Origin: Gloeobacterales cyanobacterium
Lineage (GTDB): Bacteria; Cyanobacteriota; Cyanobacteriia; Gloeobacterales; PMM-0068
DNA length: 64,000 nt
Assembly: GCA_038245785.1 (NCBI GenBank)
Contig: JBBRSB010000005.1
Span: forward strand, 97,128-161,127
Reading direction: 5' to 3'
The notes beneath the pieces are model-generated. The model did not search any database and had not been told where the DNA came from. It worked only from the letters and a program-made list of their open reading frames with translations. Each line of letters starts with the position of its first letter. Positions within the stretch are counted from its first letter, which is position 1. This document shows positions 29,538-38,480 of the stretch, one piece after another. The position numbers and the translations under genes are program-made.

Positions 29538-30008
29538 ATGCAGCGCATGTCAGCAGTAGAAAAGACCGTACTCACGACGGAAAAAACGGTCGTTAAAGAT
29601 TGGTATGTACTTGACGCGGAAGGGCAACGCCTAGGCCGTTTGGCTACGGTTGCGGCCAATCTTCTGCGCGGGAAGCACAAGCCTACCTTCGCCAACGATG
29701 TCGATTCGGGAGATTTCGTAGTAGTGATCAACGCCGAAAAGGTCGTGGTCACAGGCAAAAAAATCGACCAAAAGGTCTACTATCGTCACTCCGGCAGACC
29801 CGGTGGGATGAAGATGGAGACCTTCAGGAACTTACAACGTCGTTTGCCCGAAAGAATTGTGGAAAAAGCGATCAAGGGTATGATTCCCCACACTCGCCTA
29901 GGCCGTCAGCAGTACACAAAACTGAAAGTCTATAAAGGGGCTGAGCATCCCCACCAGGCGCAACAACCCAAATCCTATGCGTTGAATACAAGCGGAGAAA
30001 ATTCATGA
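29538..30008 (+). CDS. rplM: 50S ribosomal protein L13
   Basis: [37 protein letters not shown]. Confidence 0.97.
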   Translation: MQRMSAVEKTVLTTEKTVVKDWYVLDAEGQRLGRLATVAANLLRGKHKPTFANDVDSGDFVVVINAEKVVVTGKKIDQKVYYRHSGRPGGMKMETFRNLQRRLPERIVEKAIKGMIPHTRLGRQQYTKLKVYKGAEHPHQAQQPKSYALNTSGENS

Positions 30009-30403
30009 GTGGCCCTGTGTACTACTGGGGAACGGGACGGCGCAAAAATTCAGTTGCCCGCGTTCGTTTGACCCCTGGTGAAGGAAATATCACCATCAAT
30101 GACCGTACTGGCGTGGATTACCTCAATACTAGTCAGAGACTTTTGATGGCGGTCCGTCAGCCTTTAGAAACTTTGGGCTTGGAAAATCAGTACGACTTAC
30201 TGGTCAATGCCCATGGTGGTGGTCTTTCTGGTCAGGCAGGCGCTATTCGTCAAGGAATAGCTCGTGCTCTATGCGAATTGAGTCCAGAAAATCATAAGCC
30301 TCTCAAAGTGGAAGGCTACTTGACTCGAGATGCTAGAACAGTAGAGAGGAAGAAGTACGGTCTCAAAAAAGCCCGCAAAGCTTCTCAGTTCTCCAAGCGT
30401 TAA
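30005..30403 (+). CDS. rpsI: 30S ribosomal protein S9
   Basis: [41 protein letters not shown]. Confidence 0.97.
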   Translation: MSGPVYYWGTGRRKNSVARVRLTPGEGNITINDRTGVDYLNTSQRLLMAVRQPLETLGLENQYDLLVNAHGGGLSGQAGAIRQGIARALCELSPENHKPLKVEGYLTRDARTVERKKYGLKKARKASQFSKR

Positions 30404-30435
30404 TCGCGTTTACTTATTTAAGGTGTAAAAACGCC

Positions 30436-30657
30436 ATGCCGAAGCAAGACATCCATCCAAAGTACGAAGAGACCACGATTGTTTGTGGTTGTGGGACTCA
30501 GTACAAAACCCGTTCTACGCGCAAGACGGCGAATGGGATTATTCAGACGGAAATTTGCTCTGCCTGCCATCCCTTTTTCACAGGTCAGCAAAAGCTTGTG
30601 GATACGGAAGGACGGGTTGACCGCTTCCTGAAGAAATACAGCATGAAGTCAAAGTAA
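30436..30657 (+). CDS. rpmE: 50S ribosomal protein L31 (Zn-ribbon type)
   Basis: [25 protein letters not shown]. Confidence 0.95.
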   Translation: MPKQDIHPKYEETTIVCGCGTQYKTRSTRKTANGIIQTEICSACHPFFTGQQKLVDTEGRVDRFLKKYSMKSK

Positions 30658-30680
30658 GACCTCTTGTTGCATCAGCTACG

Positions 30681-30716
30681 AAAACGCTCCTAGGTACGGT
30701 ACCTAGGGGCGTTTTT
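30681..30716 (+). terminator. Rho-independent terminator after rpmE
   Basis: AAAACGCTCCTAGGTAC-G-GTACCTAGGGGCGTTTTT. Confidence 0.8.
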
Positions 30717-30758
30717 AGCATTCGAGGTATAGGTTTCTTACGCACTTAAAGAGCGACC

Positions 30759-30812
30759 TTGACATTTAAGCAAATGCTTATCTATCATGTTATTAGTTAA
30801 GCAAATGCTTAA
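30759..30812 (+). promoter_or_regulatory. Sigma70-type promoter with two palindromic operators (likely ArsR-family sites)
   Basis: TTGACA 30759-64, 18-bp spacer, TATCAT 30783-88; TTAAGCAAATGCTTA(A) at 30766-30780 and 30797-30812. Confidence 0.7.
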
Positions 30813-30854
30813 GTATGGTCTGACGGCCTTTATCGAATCCATTGGAGATCTTTT

Positions 30855-31229
30855 ATGTTAAGTCAACCTGCATCAGAAATCGAATTGTTACGCGCGGCAT
30901 ACGCTGCTTTCAACGCGCGCGACATCAACGCAGCCCTCGCCCTCATGACTGCGGACGTGGTTTGGCCGCGAGCGTTCAAAGGCGGTTTTGTCCGTGGACA
31001 CGAAGAAGTCCGCGCTTACTGGACAGAGCAATGGAGCGAGATCGATGGGCATGTGGAGCCGAGTGCCTTCCACCCAGAAGAGGGCGGGCGGATTTTGGTC
31101 GATGTACACCAAGTCGTACACGATCTGGCTGGAAGCGTAGTTGCTGATGAGCATGTTGGTCATCGCTTCACCATCGATCGTGGTTTGATTCAAGTCATGG
31201 AGGTCTGTTCACTTCCATCGTCCAGCTAG
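30855..31229 (+). CDS. SnoaL-like / NTF2-fold protein (cassette-like gene)
   Basis: LLRAAYAAFNARDI, DVVWP, GHEEVRAYW; visibly GC-richer than neighbours. Confidence 0.85.
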   Translation: MLSQPASEIELLRAAYAAFNARDINAALALMTADVVWPRAFKGGFVRGHEEVRAYWTEQWSEIDGHVEPSAFHPEEGGRILVDVHQVVHDLAGSVVADEHVGHRFTIDRGLIQVMEVCSLPSSS

Positions 31230-31232
31230 GTC

Positions 31233-31275
31233 GCCTAACACTGCGCTCCGGTCGCTGAGCTTGAGTCCGTTATGC
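31233..31275 (+). mobile_element. Degenerate (internally deleted) integron attC-like site
   Basis: GCCTAAC (RYYYAAC) 3 bp after the stop codon; ends GTTATGC; internal GCGCTC and GCTGAGCTT boxes. Confidence 0.6.
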
Positions 31276-31338
31276 AGCTAAATTTATAGCAAGTTTTAGC
31301 GATCGCCCTAAAAGATCTCAAATGAGTTCTATCCTTAC

Positions 31339-31668
31339 ATGAATAAACCTGCTGCCGCTACCCAAAACGATATATTTCAGGCAATCGCTGACCCTACCCG
31401 CCGCGCGATTCTTGATCAGTTGCGCTATGGAGAACAACCCGTCAAACAGCTCGCTGAGCCTTTCAGCATGAGTCTTCCTGCTATCTCTCAGCACTTGAAG
31501 GTCCTCTGTCAGGCAGGCTTAGTGACGCAGCAACGGCTCGGAAGACAGCGACTTTACCAACTCAATCCAGAACCTCTAAGACAGGTCTCAAACTGGGTTA
31601 TCCACTATGAGCAGTTTTGGAATAAGAAATTGGATGCCCTTGATAGCTATTTGGAGGAAAACCGATGA
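31339..31668 (+). CDS. ArsR family transcriptional regulator
   Basis: IFQAIADPTRRAIL, MSLPAISQHLKVL, GRQRLYQLNPEPL. Confidence 0.92.
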   Translation: MNKPAAATQNDIFQAIADPTRRAILDQLRYGEQPVKQLAEPFSMSLPAISQHLKVLCQAGLVTQQRLGRQRLYQLNPEPLRQVSNWVIHYEQFWNKKLDALDSYLEENR

Positions 31669-32255
31669 AGCAAGCGATGAAGCTAAATATTTTTTACCCT
31701 CATCCACTAGAGCGGGTCTGGAAAGCCTTGACTGACCGTCGTGCTCTAGCGACCTGGATGATGGAAAGTGATTTTGAGCCGCACTTAGGGCACAAATTTC
31801 AGTTTCAGCGTAATGACCTGTCCAGCTTAGAAATGCCCATAGAGTGTGAGGTTGTTGAACTTGATGAACCCAAGTGCTTGGCCTATACCTGGCGAGAGTC
31901 ATCTAGCTCAGAACCTTCTTTAGTAATTTGGACGTTGACTTCGGTAGAGGGTGGTACGCAACTGCAACTGATCCATCAGGAATATCAATACCTGACAGCC
32001 GTTGGCTCAATGATGAACAGAGAGCTACAGGAAGAAAGGAGTGGAAGAAACATGATGTCTCTAGCTGCAAGCACATCAACTCTGGTGAAAACAGATAACG
32101 CTCTTCAACCATTTCAGCCAACAGAGTCTGCTGAGTTCAGAGAGTTGACTCCTAATCTCTATTTTAAAGACGAATGGGAATATCACCTCACGCAGAAACT
32201 GCCTAAAACTTTGCTGCACTATTCATTCAAAATAAGGGAGGAAAGTCATGTTTAA
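31665..32255 (+). CDS. SRPBCC/AHSA1 domain protein
   Basis: ERVWKALTD..ALATWMM, LAYTW, GGTQLQLIH; ATGA-coupled to ArsR. Confidence 0.87.
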   Translation: MKQAMKLNIFYPHPLERVWKALTDRRALATWMMESDFEPHLGHKFQFQRNDLSSLEMPIECEVVELDEPKCLAYTWRESSSSEPSLVIWTLTSVEGGTQLQLIHQEYQYLTAVGSMMNRELQEERSGRNMMSLAASTSTLVKTDNALQPFQPTESAEFRELTPNLYFKDEWEYHLTQKLPKTLLHYSFKIREESHV

Positions 32256-32463
32256 GATTGAATTGACACTTAGAAACTCTGATGCAGAACTCTTTGTACA
32301 GCGGAAATCTGAAGAAGATGTAAATACGCTCTATGAGACGATTTTGCAAGCAATGTCTGGAGACAAATTGCAAATTCTGAAACTCACATGCGATCGTTCT
32401 CCAAAGAATAAGATGGCAGTCCTCAATAGTGAAATTATTGCTGTTCATTTAGTTGCAGACTGA
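32248..32463 (+). CDS. UPF0367-like small cyanobacterial protein
   Basis: MFKIELTL...VQRKSEE...LY..I..AM...LTCDR pattern; RBS GGAGG. Confidence 0.6.
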   Translation: MFKIELTLRNSDAELFVQRKSEEDVNTLYETILQAMSGDKLQILKLTCDRSPKNKMAVLNSEIIAVHLVAD

Positions 32464-32507
32464 GCTAGTTTTGAACTGAAGAATACTTAAGCTAAAGAAC
32501 GCAAATA

Positions 32508-32927
32508 ATGATTGATACTGACAAAAATAAGCAGATAATACATGATCTTATCCAAGTAGTTTGGAACGGTAAAAACCTCACGGCTCTGGGGGACTTCTGG
32601 ACGGAAGATTGTATTAATCATGCTATACCAGGGACAGACAATCATGGCCTTGTTCTGCTTCATGCCTATCATCAGTCGTTCTTTACTGATTTCTCCGCTT
32701 TCTCCAACGTCCAGATTGAGATTATGCAGCAGGTCGCAGAAGATGATCGTGTTGTTACGCATATAACATTACGAGGCAAACATAGCGGATCGTTCTATGG
32801 CATACCGCCGACGGGCAAGAACATCTTGATGTCGGCGATCCGAATTGATCGTATTCAAGATGGTAAAATCGCCGAGCATTGGTCTGTCGGCGACTTGGCT
32901 GGTCTCATGCAGCAGCTTCAATCCTGA
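32508..32927 (+). CDS. Ester cyclase (SnoaL-like polyketide cyclase family)
   Basis: AEDDRVV, GKHSGSFYGIPPTGK, DGKIAEHW...D.AGLMQQL. Confidence 0.88.
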   Translation: MIDTDKNKQIIHDLIQVVWNGKNLTALGDFWTEDCINHAIPGTDNHGLVLLHAYHQSFFTDFSAFSNVQIEIMQQVAEDDRVVTHITLRGKHSGSFYGIPPTGKNILMSAIRIDRIQDGKIAEHWSVGDLAGLMQQLQS

Positions 32928-32972
32928 CGCATTGGCTTAGCAATTAGTCAGCAAAAGCTTGTGTATAATAAA

Positions 32973-33809
32973 TTATTTCTTTTGGGCAATGTGAAAAGCG
33001 GAGAGATAGGAAACCTGGATACTGCTGCCATAGTTCTTATCTATAATTTCCCATAAACCTTCAAACAAGGCATTTCTTTTTTGTGGCTCTAGCACCTTAT
33101 AGGATGAGAGTGTGTTCAGAAGTGTCAAATAATCATCGATGCTATAGGTAACTTCATTAGCTAACTGTTCGTAGGCCAAGTCTTTGAACAATCCTGAGTC
33201 GAGCATATTCTGTCCAAGCCCTCTAAGGCTTTCCTCCTGAATTTTCTTGTCTTCATATCGGGCAAGAGACGGGGCTAAGGCTTGATAAACCTCTCTTGAG
33301 GCTTGGTAGATATCATAGGGCGGTTGCGGAGTCATATTTCACAGCAAAATCAGAGCACCACTGTCGCGCAGAACCTTTGCGGCTTTGGGATGCCCAATTT
33401 CTGGTGAAATCCAATGCCAAGAATTTGCAGCTAAAACAGCGTGGAATTTCTCTGTCTTCGGCTCCCATTCTTCAAAAGTGGTATTTACAATCTTCACAAC
33501 CGGATAGTTTACGCAATTTTGACGTACTAGCTGACAAAACACCTGGTTTGGCTCAAGGCAGCTCATAGAGAAACCCAACTGAGCAAAGGCAGTAGTGGCG
33601 TTGCCAGGACCGCATCCTACCTCAAGAATATTTGCTGCTTTGGGCAATTTGGCTGAGGCTACCGCATGAGCGATAAGTTCTTGTGGCTAGCGGGGTCTGG
33701 CCTAGTTGTAGGCCTCTGCGACTTCGCCATACCAATTTTTCCTTAGTTCCAAGCTGTGCGTAGCCACTACATCGCCATACCAGTTTTTTGCCTGTTCAAA
33801 ATTATTCAT
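32973..33809 (-). pseudogene. Class I SAM-dependent methyltransferase pseudogene
   Basis: One reading frame with internal TAG (33702-04), TAG (33687-89) and TGA (33339-41, in LL*N for LLWN); EVGCGPG motif I. Confidence 0.85.
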
Positions 33810-33949
33810 CTTGGTCTGTTTTTGATTAGTGCAGTTAGGTAATGCAAGGCCAGCTTACTAGACTCAATTTAGCCGGAAGTAATGCTAGACAGCAAAAGGT
33901 TAGCATTGAGTTAATACAGCCCAACAATTACGGTATCTCCTCGGAGCTT

Positions 33950-34378
33950 ATGACCATGACAGAGACAAAAGAAACCTTTGAAATCACAAAAACAGAGGAA
34001 GAGTGGCGTCAGATCTTGACGCCTGAGCAGTTTCAGGTGCTCCGCAAACATGGAACAGAACGTCCAGGCTCCTGCGCACTCGATAAGCAATATGGTCCGG
34101 GAACCTATATCTGTGCAGGGTGTGAACTACCCCTATTCACCTCTGGACCAAAGTTCAATAGTGGTACAGGTTGGCCTAGCTTTTACGAACCGATTGAAGG
34201 TGCTACTGGAGTAACGGTAGACAGGTCGCTCTTCATGACCCGAACAGAGGTGCATTGTCATCGCTGTGGGGGACATTTGGGCCACGTGTTTGATGATGGA
34301 CCCAAACCTACGGGTAAACGCTACTGCATGAATGGCGTAGCCATGAAATTTATTCCAAGTGAGGACAAGGACAACTAG
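33950..34378 (+). CDS. msrB: Peptide-methionine (R)-S-oxide reductase MsrB
   Basis: VLRKHGTERP, SGTGWPSF, CGGHLGHVFDDGP, RYCMN. Confidence 0.95.
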   Translation: MTMTETKETFEITKTEEEWRQILTPEQFQVLRKHGTERPGSCALDKQYGPGTYICAGCELPLFTSGPKFNSGTGWPSFYEPIEGATGVTVDRSLFMTRTEVHCHRCGGHLGHVFDDGPKPTGKRYCMNGVAMKFIPSEDKDN

Positions 34379-34392
34379 TCAGAGAACTACTT

Positions 34393-34419
34393 TGCCATCT
34401 GGAGTATCTCCGGATGGCA
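34393..34419 (+). terminator. Hairpin after msrB
   Basis: TGCCATCTGGAG-TAT-CTCCGGATGGCA. Confidence 0.5.
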
Positions 34420-34588
34420 TGAACAGTGAAACAAAAATTCTCGCACTGCCCCTATGAACAAAGAGTTACTCCCAGCACAGAAAAAAGATTAAATTTTACT
34501 TTTTTCGCTAAGGAAAATTTTATAGCTTGGCAAAATATCCAGTTCTATTGTGATGGCATAACCATAGTTTCTACAGTAGGGCATAACC

Positions 34589-35722
34589 ATGACCGCCAAC
34601 ACTATGCTGCAAGACATTGAAAAATATATTCCTGTAATCGGGGATGCAAATATCAAAAGTCCATTGGCCTACAAAGCAACCCGTCAAGTAGTTGAGATAG
34701 TCAATACAGTACAAATGGCAGCAGCAGAGGCATATATCAACGGGGCAGAAGTTCCTGACCCACTCCTGCGAGCTCTTCTTGATGCGTGCCTGCCGGTCCT
34801 GTTTCGGTATGCCCCATCTTTATTAGTTCCCTATGAATGGGTATTAAAAGAAACTGAACATCTGGCAGAAGAGTCACGAGAACTGATGAAGATTCAGTAC
34901 GACTTGCCTCAAGCGATGCTGAATGTGATGTTGGGTGATTGGAAACTGATTTATCCTAAGTACACCGTGGGGTTTTGGGAGAAAGGTGCAGTCGACTTGG
35001 AGCAATCCCAGATGCACATGATTGATGACATGATTGAAAAAATAGACATCCGAGATAGTGATAATGTCTTGGATTTTGGATGTGGCTGGGGTTGTGTGCC
35101 AAACTATATTCTTTCTAAGTTTCCGAATGTCAGGTTTACGGGGTTAAATTTAAGCCATTACCAATGTGAATACATGCGCAAAAAGATGCAGGACCCTGAG
35201 AGCTACTTAAGCTCAGGAAGATTCACCTTGTTTGAAGGAGATTTGAATGACGTTAAATTTGATGAGAAGTTTGACAAAATTCTCTCGGCTGGTGTGTTTT
35301 GCCATGTCGGTAATTTAACCAAATCCTTTGAGAGATTAGCTACTTTTCTCAAAGATGACGGCAAGGTGTTTATTCACATCATCACAGTTCGCACTCCTAA
35401 CAATGTGTCCAGCCCTTTCCTACACAAATACATTTTCCCCCAGGGTCGTATCTGGAACTACAATGCAGTCCCAAGCCATAATAGAGACCTCGAAACCATT
35501 CAAAGATGGTATCTCAATGGCTCTAATTATTCTAAAACTTTGACGAATTGGTTAAAGAATTTTGATGATAACCAGGCAACCCTCAAAGAGTTAAACTACG
35601 GAATGGACTACCCCAAGTTTCGCCGGATTTGGAGGCTTTATTTGCAATGGTGCATTTCCTATTTTGACAGTTGTGATGGTGAAATTCTTGGTAACGGTCA
35701 GTTTTTAATGGTTCATGCCTAA
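34589..35722 (+). CDS. SAM-dependent methyltransferase (cyclopropane synthase / coclaurine N-methyltransferase-like)
   Basis: QYDLP, VLDFGCGWG, KYIFPQG, YSKTLTNW, RIWRLYL. Confidence 0.82.
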   Translation: MTANTMLQDIEKYIPVIGDANIKSPLAYKATRQVVEIVNTVQMAAAEAYINGAEVPDPLLRALLDACLPVLFRYAPSLLVPYEWVLKETEHLAEESRELMKIQYDLPQAMLNVMLGDWKLIYPKYTVGFWEKGAVDLEQSQMHMIDDMIEKIDIRDSDNVLDFGCGWGCVPNYILSKFPNVRFTGLNLSHYQCEYMRKKMQDPESYLSSGRFTLFEGDLNDVKFDEKFDKILSAGVFCHVGNLTKSFERLATFLKDDGKVFIHIITVRTPNNVSSPFLHKYIFPQGRIWNYNAVPSHNRDLETIQRWYLNGSNYSKTLTNWLKNFDDNQATLKELNYGMDYPKFRRIWRLYLQWCISYFDSCDGEILGNGQFLMVHA

Positions 35723-35770
35723 TTGGAAAAGCAAGGAAAATATCCGCAACCTACGCTGAATACGACAAGG

Positions 35771-36187
35771 ATGAGTGGAAAAATAGCCCTTGCTTTTGAT
35801 CGAGAAGTCTACACAAATCTCTTGTCTGAAGTCTTACCCTAAGCAATCAGAACTGAAGAAGAGAACGAACGGGCACTGGCTAAGGTTGAAGCTCTGATGA
35901 ACAAGGGAGAATTAACTCCTGAAGAAGATCGGCTATATGACTTGTTAATCATATTGATTGAGAAGTTTGAAGAAGAAAACTACCTGCCATTGAATCTTTC
36001 CACTCCTCTTAGTCGATTACTACACCTTCTTAAGTCAAACAATTTGAAGCAAACAGACGTTCTGGATGTATTTGGTTCAAGTGGAATTGCCTCAGAGGTT
36101 ATCAATGGAAAACGTGAAATCAGTAAAGCTCAAGCCAAGAAATTGGGAGAATGCTTTAATATTTCACCATCCCTATTTTTGCTGTGA
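35771..36187 (+). pseudogene. HigA-type HTH antitoxin with premature stop, preceded by a HigB C-terminal remnant
   Basis: FDREVYTNLLSEVLP*AIRTEEENERAL (TAA 35840-42), then ASEVINGKREISK; upstream overlapping frame TYAEYDKDEWK. Confidence 0.75.
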
Positions 36188-36206
36188 TGTCATGAGGAAG
36201 TATAAA

Positions 36207-36360
36207 ATGAAACTAAAAGATTTGAATGAGACTTTGAAGCGTGAATTTCAAGACCCAGATTTTGCAGCGCTTTATCTGAAAGAAGCGCTGCAAGAAAATG
36301 GTATGGAAGGATTCCTTCTAGCACTGCGTAATGTTATTTAGGCTAATGAAGGGATAGGTG
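36207..36360 (+). pseudogene. Truncated addiction-module antidote (HI1420-like)
   Basis: FQDPDFAALYLKEAL...FLLALRNVI*ANEG; HTH part missing. Confidence 0.65.
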
Positions 36361-36362
36361 TA

Positions 36363-36388
36363 CTGCATCTTGTACGTACAAGATGCAG
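36363..36388. promoter_or_regulatory. Perfect 26-bp palindrome upstream of the yefM-like gene
   Basis: CTGCATCTTGTAC|GTACAAGATGCAG. Confidence 0.55.
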
Positions 36389-36419
36389 CACAGTAAATAA
36401 AGATTGGTAGGAGAGAGTC

Positions 36420-36677
36420 ATGAAAATTACTACAGCGTCCGAGGCCCGTACTGGTTTATTCCGTCTGATCGGTGATGTTTGTGATGCTCATGAGCCGATT
36501 GTGATCACCAGCAAGAAGGGGAATGCCGTCTTGATAAGTGAAGAAGATTGGAGTTCTATTCAGGAAACGTTGTATCTCCACTCCATTCCTGGGATGGCTG
36601 AATCTATTAAAGAAGGGATAAATACTTCTGACTCAGAAGGCACAGGTTTAGATGAATTTTTGGTTGAAGCAGGGTAG
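36420..36677 (+). CDS. Phd/YefM family antitoxin
   Basis: TASEARTGLFRLI, HEPIVITSKKGNAVLISEEDW.SIQETLYL. Confidence 0.9.
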   Translation: MKITTASEARTGLFRLIGDVCDAHEPIVITSKKGNAVLISEEDWSSIQETLYLHSIPGMAESIKEGINTSDSEGTGLDEFLVEAG

Positions 36678-36683
36678 GAGTAA

Positions 36684-36950
36684 ATGTCTCTCTGGACTTT
36701 GGAATTTACTAACCAGGCCAAGAGAGACGGTAAGAAATTAGTGGGTACCCCCCTACAAGGAAAGGCTCGCACCTTACTGTTAATTATCTAATCCAATCCC
36801 TACACCAACACGCACCCTTATGAGAAGCTAGCTGGTGATTTAAATGGGGCGTATTCTCGACGGAGCAATATCTAGTACCGTCTGGTTTATCAGGTAATTG
36901 AAGAGATACGGCTGATCAAAATTTTAAGAATGGGGAGCCACTAAGAATAG
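36684..36950 (+). pseudogene. Txe/YoeB toxin pseudogene
   Basis: PYEKLAGDLNGAYSRRSNI*YRLVYQV...ILRMGSH*E; in-frame stops at 36789, 36873, 36942. Confidence 0.88.
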
Positions 36951-36994
36951 CCATCGACCTTTTCGCACATTTAAGCCAGATGAAATCAATAATC

Positions 36995-38050
36995 CTAGTA
37001 GTCACCGCACCACTGCATCATCCGATTCCAGACCCACCAACGATGAGGGTCCTCGGCTAACTTTTGCCCAGCTTTACTGCTGACATAGCCCACATGTCCG
37101 CCATGAGGGGTCAGTAATAAATCAATCGCTCTGTTTTGAAGGCTCACTTGCTCCAGTTCGCCCACCAAAGCGGGAAGAAACATCGGATCATCCTCAGCAT
37201 AAATAATTAAGGTTCGTTTTTTAAGCTTAGGTAAGAACTGTAGAGGACTACTCACCCTGTAATATTCCTCGACGGAAGAAAACCCCAGTCTGCCGATCAC
37301 CAGTTCATGGTCAAAACCCCAGATACTATTTGCTCGTTCAATGGCTTCAGCGTCAAAAGCTTCAGGGTGCAATTTATGGAGTTGCCAAGCTAACTTCTTC
37401 AGTTCTTTCGCAATCGCCTTTTCTAAATACTTTCCCAAAGGTCGGCGCACCAGAGCGCTCAAGGAACGATGAGAATCTAAGTTTGGACAGATGACCACAC
37501 CACCGCCCAATTCTCCGTCGTCCAAACCCAAATCGGTGAGTTGACCATTTTCTTCCATGTCTTGGGCTGTCTTGATTCCCCAAAGTGCCAGCTGGCCTCC
37601 CAGCGAATATCCTGTAAACCAAAAAGGAGCGGGACAGCCCATTGTTTTGGCTGAAGCGGCAATCCGAACGAAATCTTCGCCTTCATTTAGACCATCAGAA
37701 GTGAGGACTGAAGACAATTCTGCCGATTTGCCATGGGCTCGCCAGTCAAATAGAACGACGGCATACCCTTGGGCAAACGCCTGACACCCCAAAATTCTCA
37801 AATACCAGGAGCCCTGTAAATCACTCGTTATTCCATAGGTACCGACGATAGTTCCCTTAGGATTCTTTGGACAGGCAACCCAACCAAAGAGCGGAACCCC
37901 ATCTTTCCCCTGGAAAATAGTTTCCTTATATTCTGGCTCCGGGTAAGGAATAGTCTCCTTCCAGCTCTGTTCATAGCGAAAGACCGTATCAATGGTCATC
38001 GCCAGGCCGTTGGCTAGGAAAGCAGGTGGTTGATAAGGGGGGAAGTGCAT
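36995..38050 (-). CDS. YheT-like alpha/beta hydrolase
   Basis: FDWRAHG, GYSLGG, SVEEYY, AEDDP, GGHVGY. Confidence 0.85.
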   Translation of the reverse strand: MHFPPYQPPAFLANGLAMTIDTVFRYEQSWKETIPYPEPEYKETIFQGKDGVPLFGWVACPKNPKGTIVGTYGITSDLQGSWYLRILGCQAFAQGYAVVLFDWRAHGKSAELSSVLTSDGLNEGEDFVRIAASAKTMGCPAPFWFTGYSLGGQLALWGIKTAQDMEENGQLTDLGLDDGELGGGVVICPNLDSHRSLSALVRRPLGKYLEKAIAKELKKLAWQLHKLHPEAFDAEAIERANSIWGFDHELVIGRLGFSSVEEYYRVSSPLQFLPKLKKRTLIIYAEDDPMFLPALVGELEQVSLQNRAIDLLLTPHGGHVGYVSSKAGQKLAEDPHRWWVWNRMMQWCGDY

Positions 38051-38087
38051 AGGTTATGAATTCAGAAAGATAAAGCTAATCTGCCAT

Positions 38088-38408
38088 TCATTTTTTTTTG
38101 TAAATGGCGCACAAACGACTGGGCTGACTAATTTTTGCCTGGAACATAAAGTTAGGAGGGACATTCACAATAATATGTTCTTCTGATTTGAAATAGGGTT
38201 CAAATTCTCTATTCATTCCGTGGGGAGTACGCTCACTATAGGGAACAGGTTGAAAAATTAAATTTAAGAAAGTGACCTGTTCACATTCAGCACTTTGACA
38301 GATTTGCTGTTGGAAAACAGCACTGTCTAGCATCTCAAATAGATGCTCTTTTTTAGAATCTTCCAGCACGAAAGAACCATCAAAGTTAACAGGACGAAGA
38401 GATGCCAT
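38088..38408 (-). CDS. Hypothetical protein
   Basis: 106-aa ORF co-oriented with neighbours and filling the gap; no family recognised. Confidence 0.6.
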   Translation of the reverse strand: MASLRPVNFDGSFVLEDSKKEHLFEMLDSAVFQQQICQSAECEQVTFLNLIFQPVPYSERTPHGMNREFEPYFKSEEHIIVNVPPNFMFQAKISQPSRLCAIYKKK

Positions 38409-38480
38409 GAGTCATGATTAACTTATGTGTCCCTACGATTATAAAGCCTGATCAGAGCCAAAAGTGCTTCTAGAAAAGAT

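Noticed and set aside
32973..36950. Stop-codon reassignment explaining the in-frame stops
   Set aside because: All three stop codons occur, they replace different residues, and core genes terminate normally with TAA, TAG and TGA.
30855..36950. Full integron cassette array
   Set aside because: Only one attC-like remnant was found; other genes lack such sites, orientations are mixed and there is no intI.
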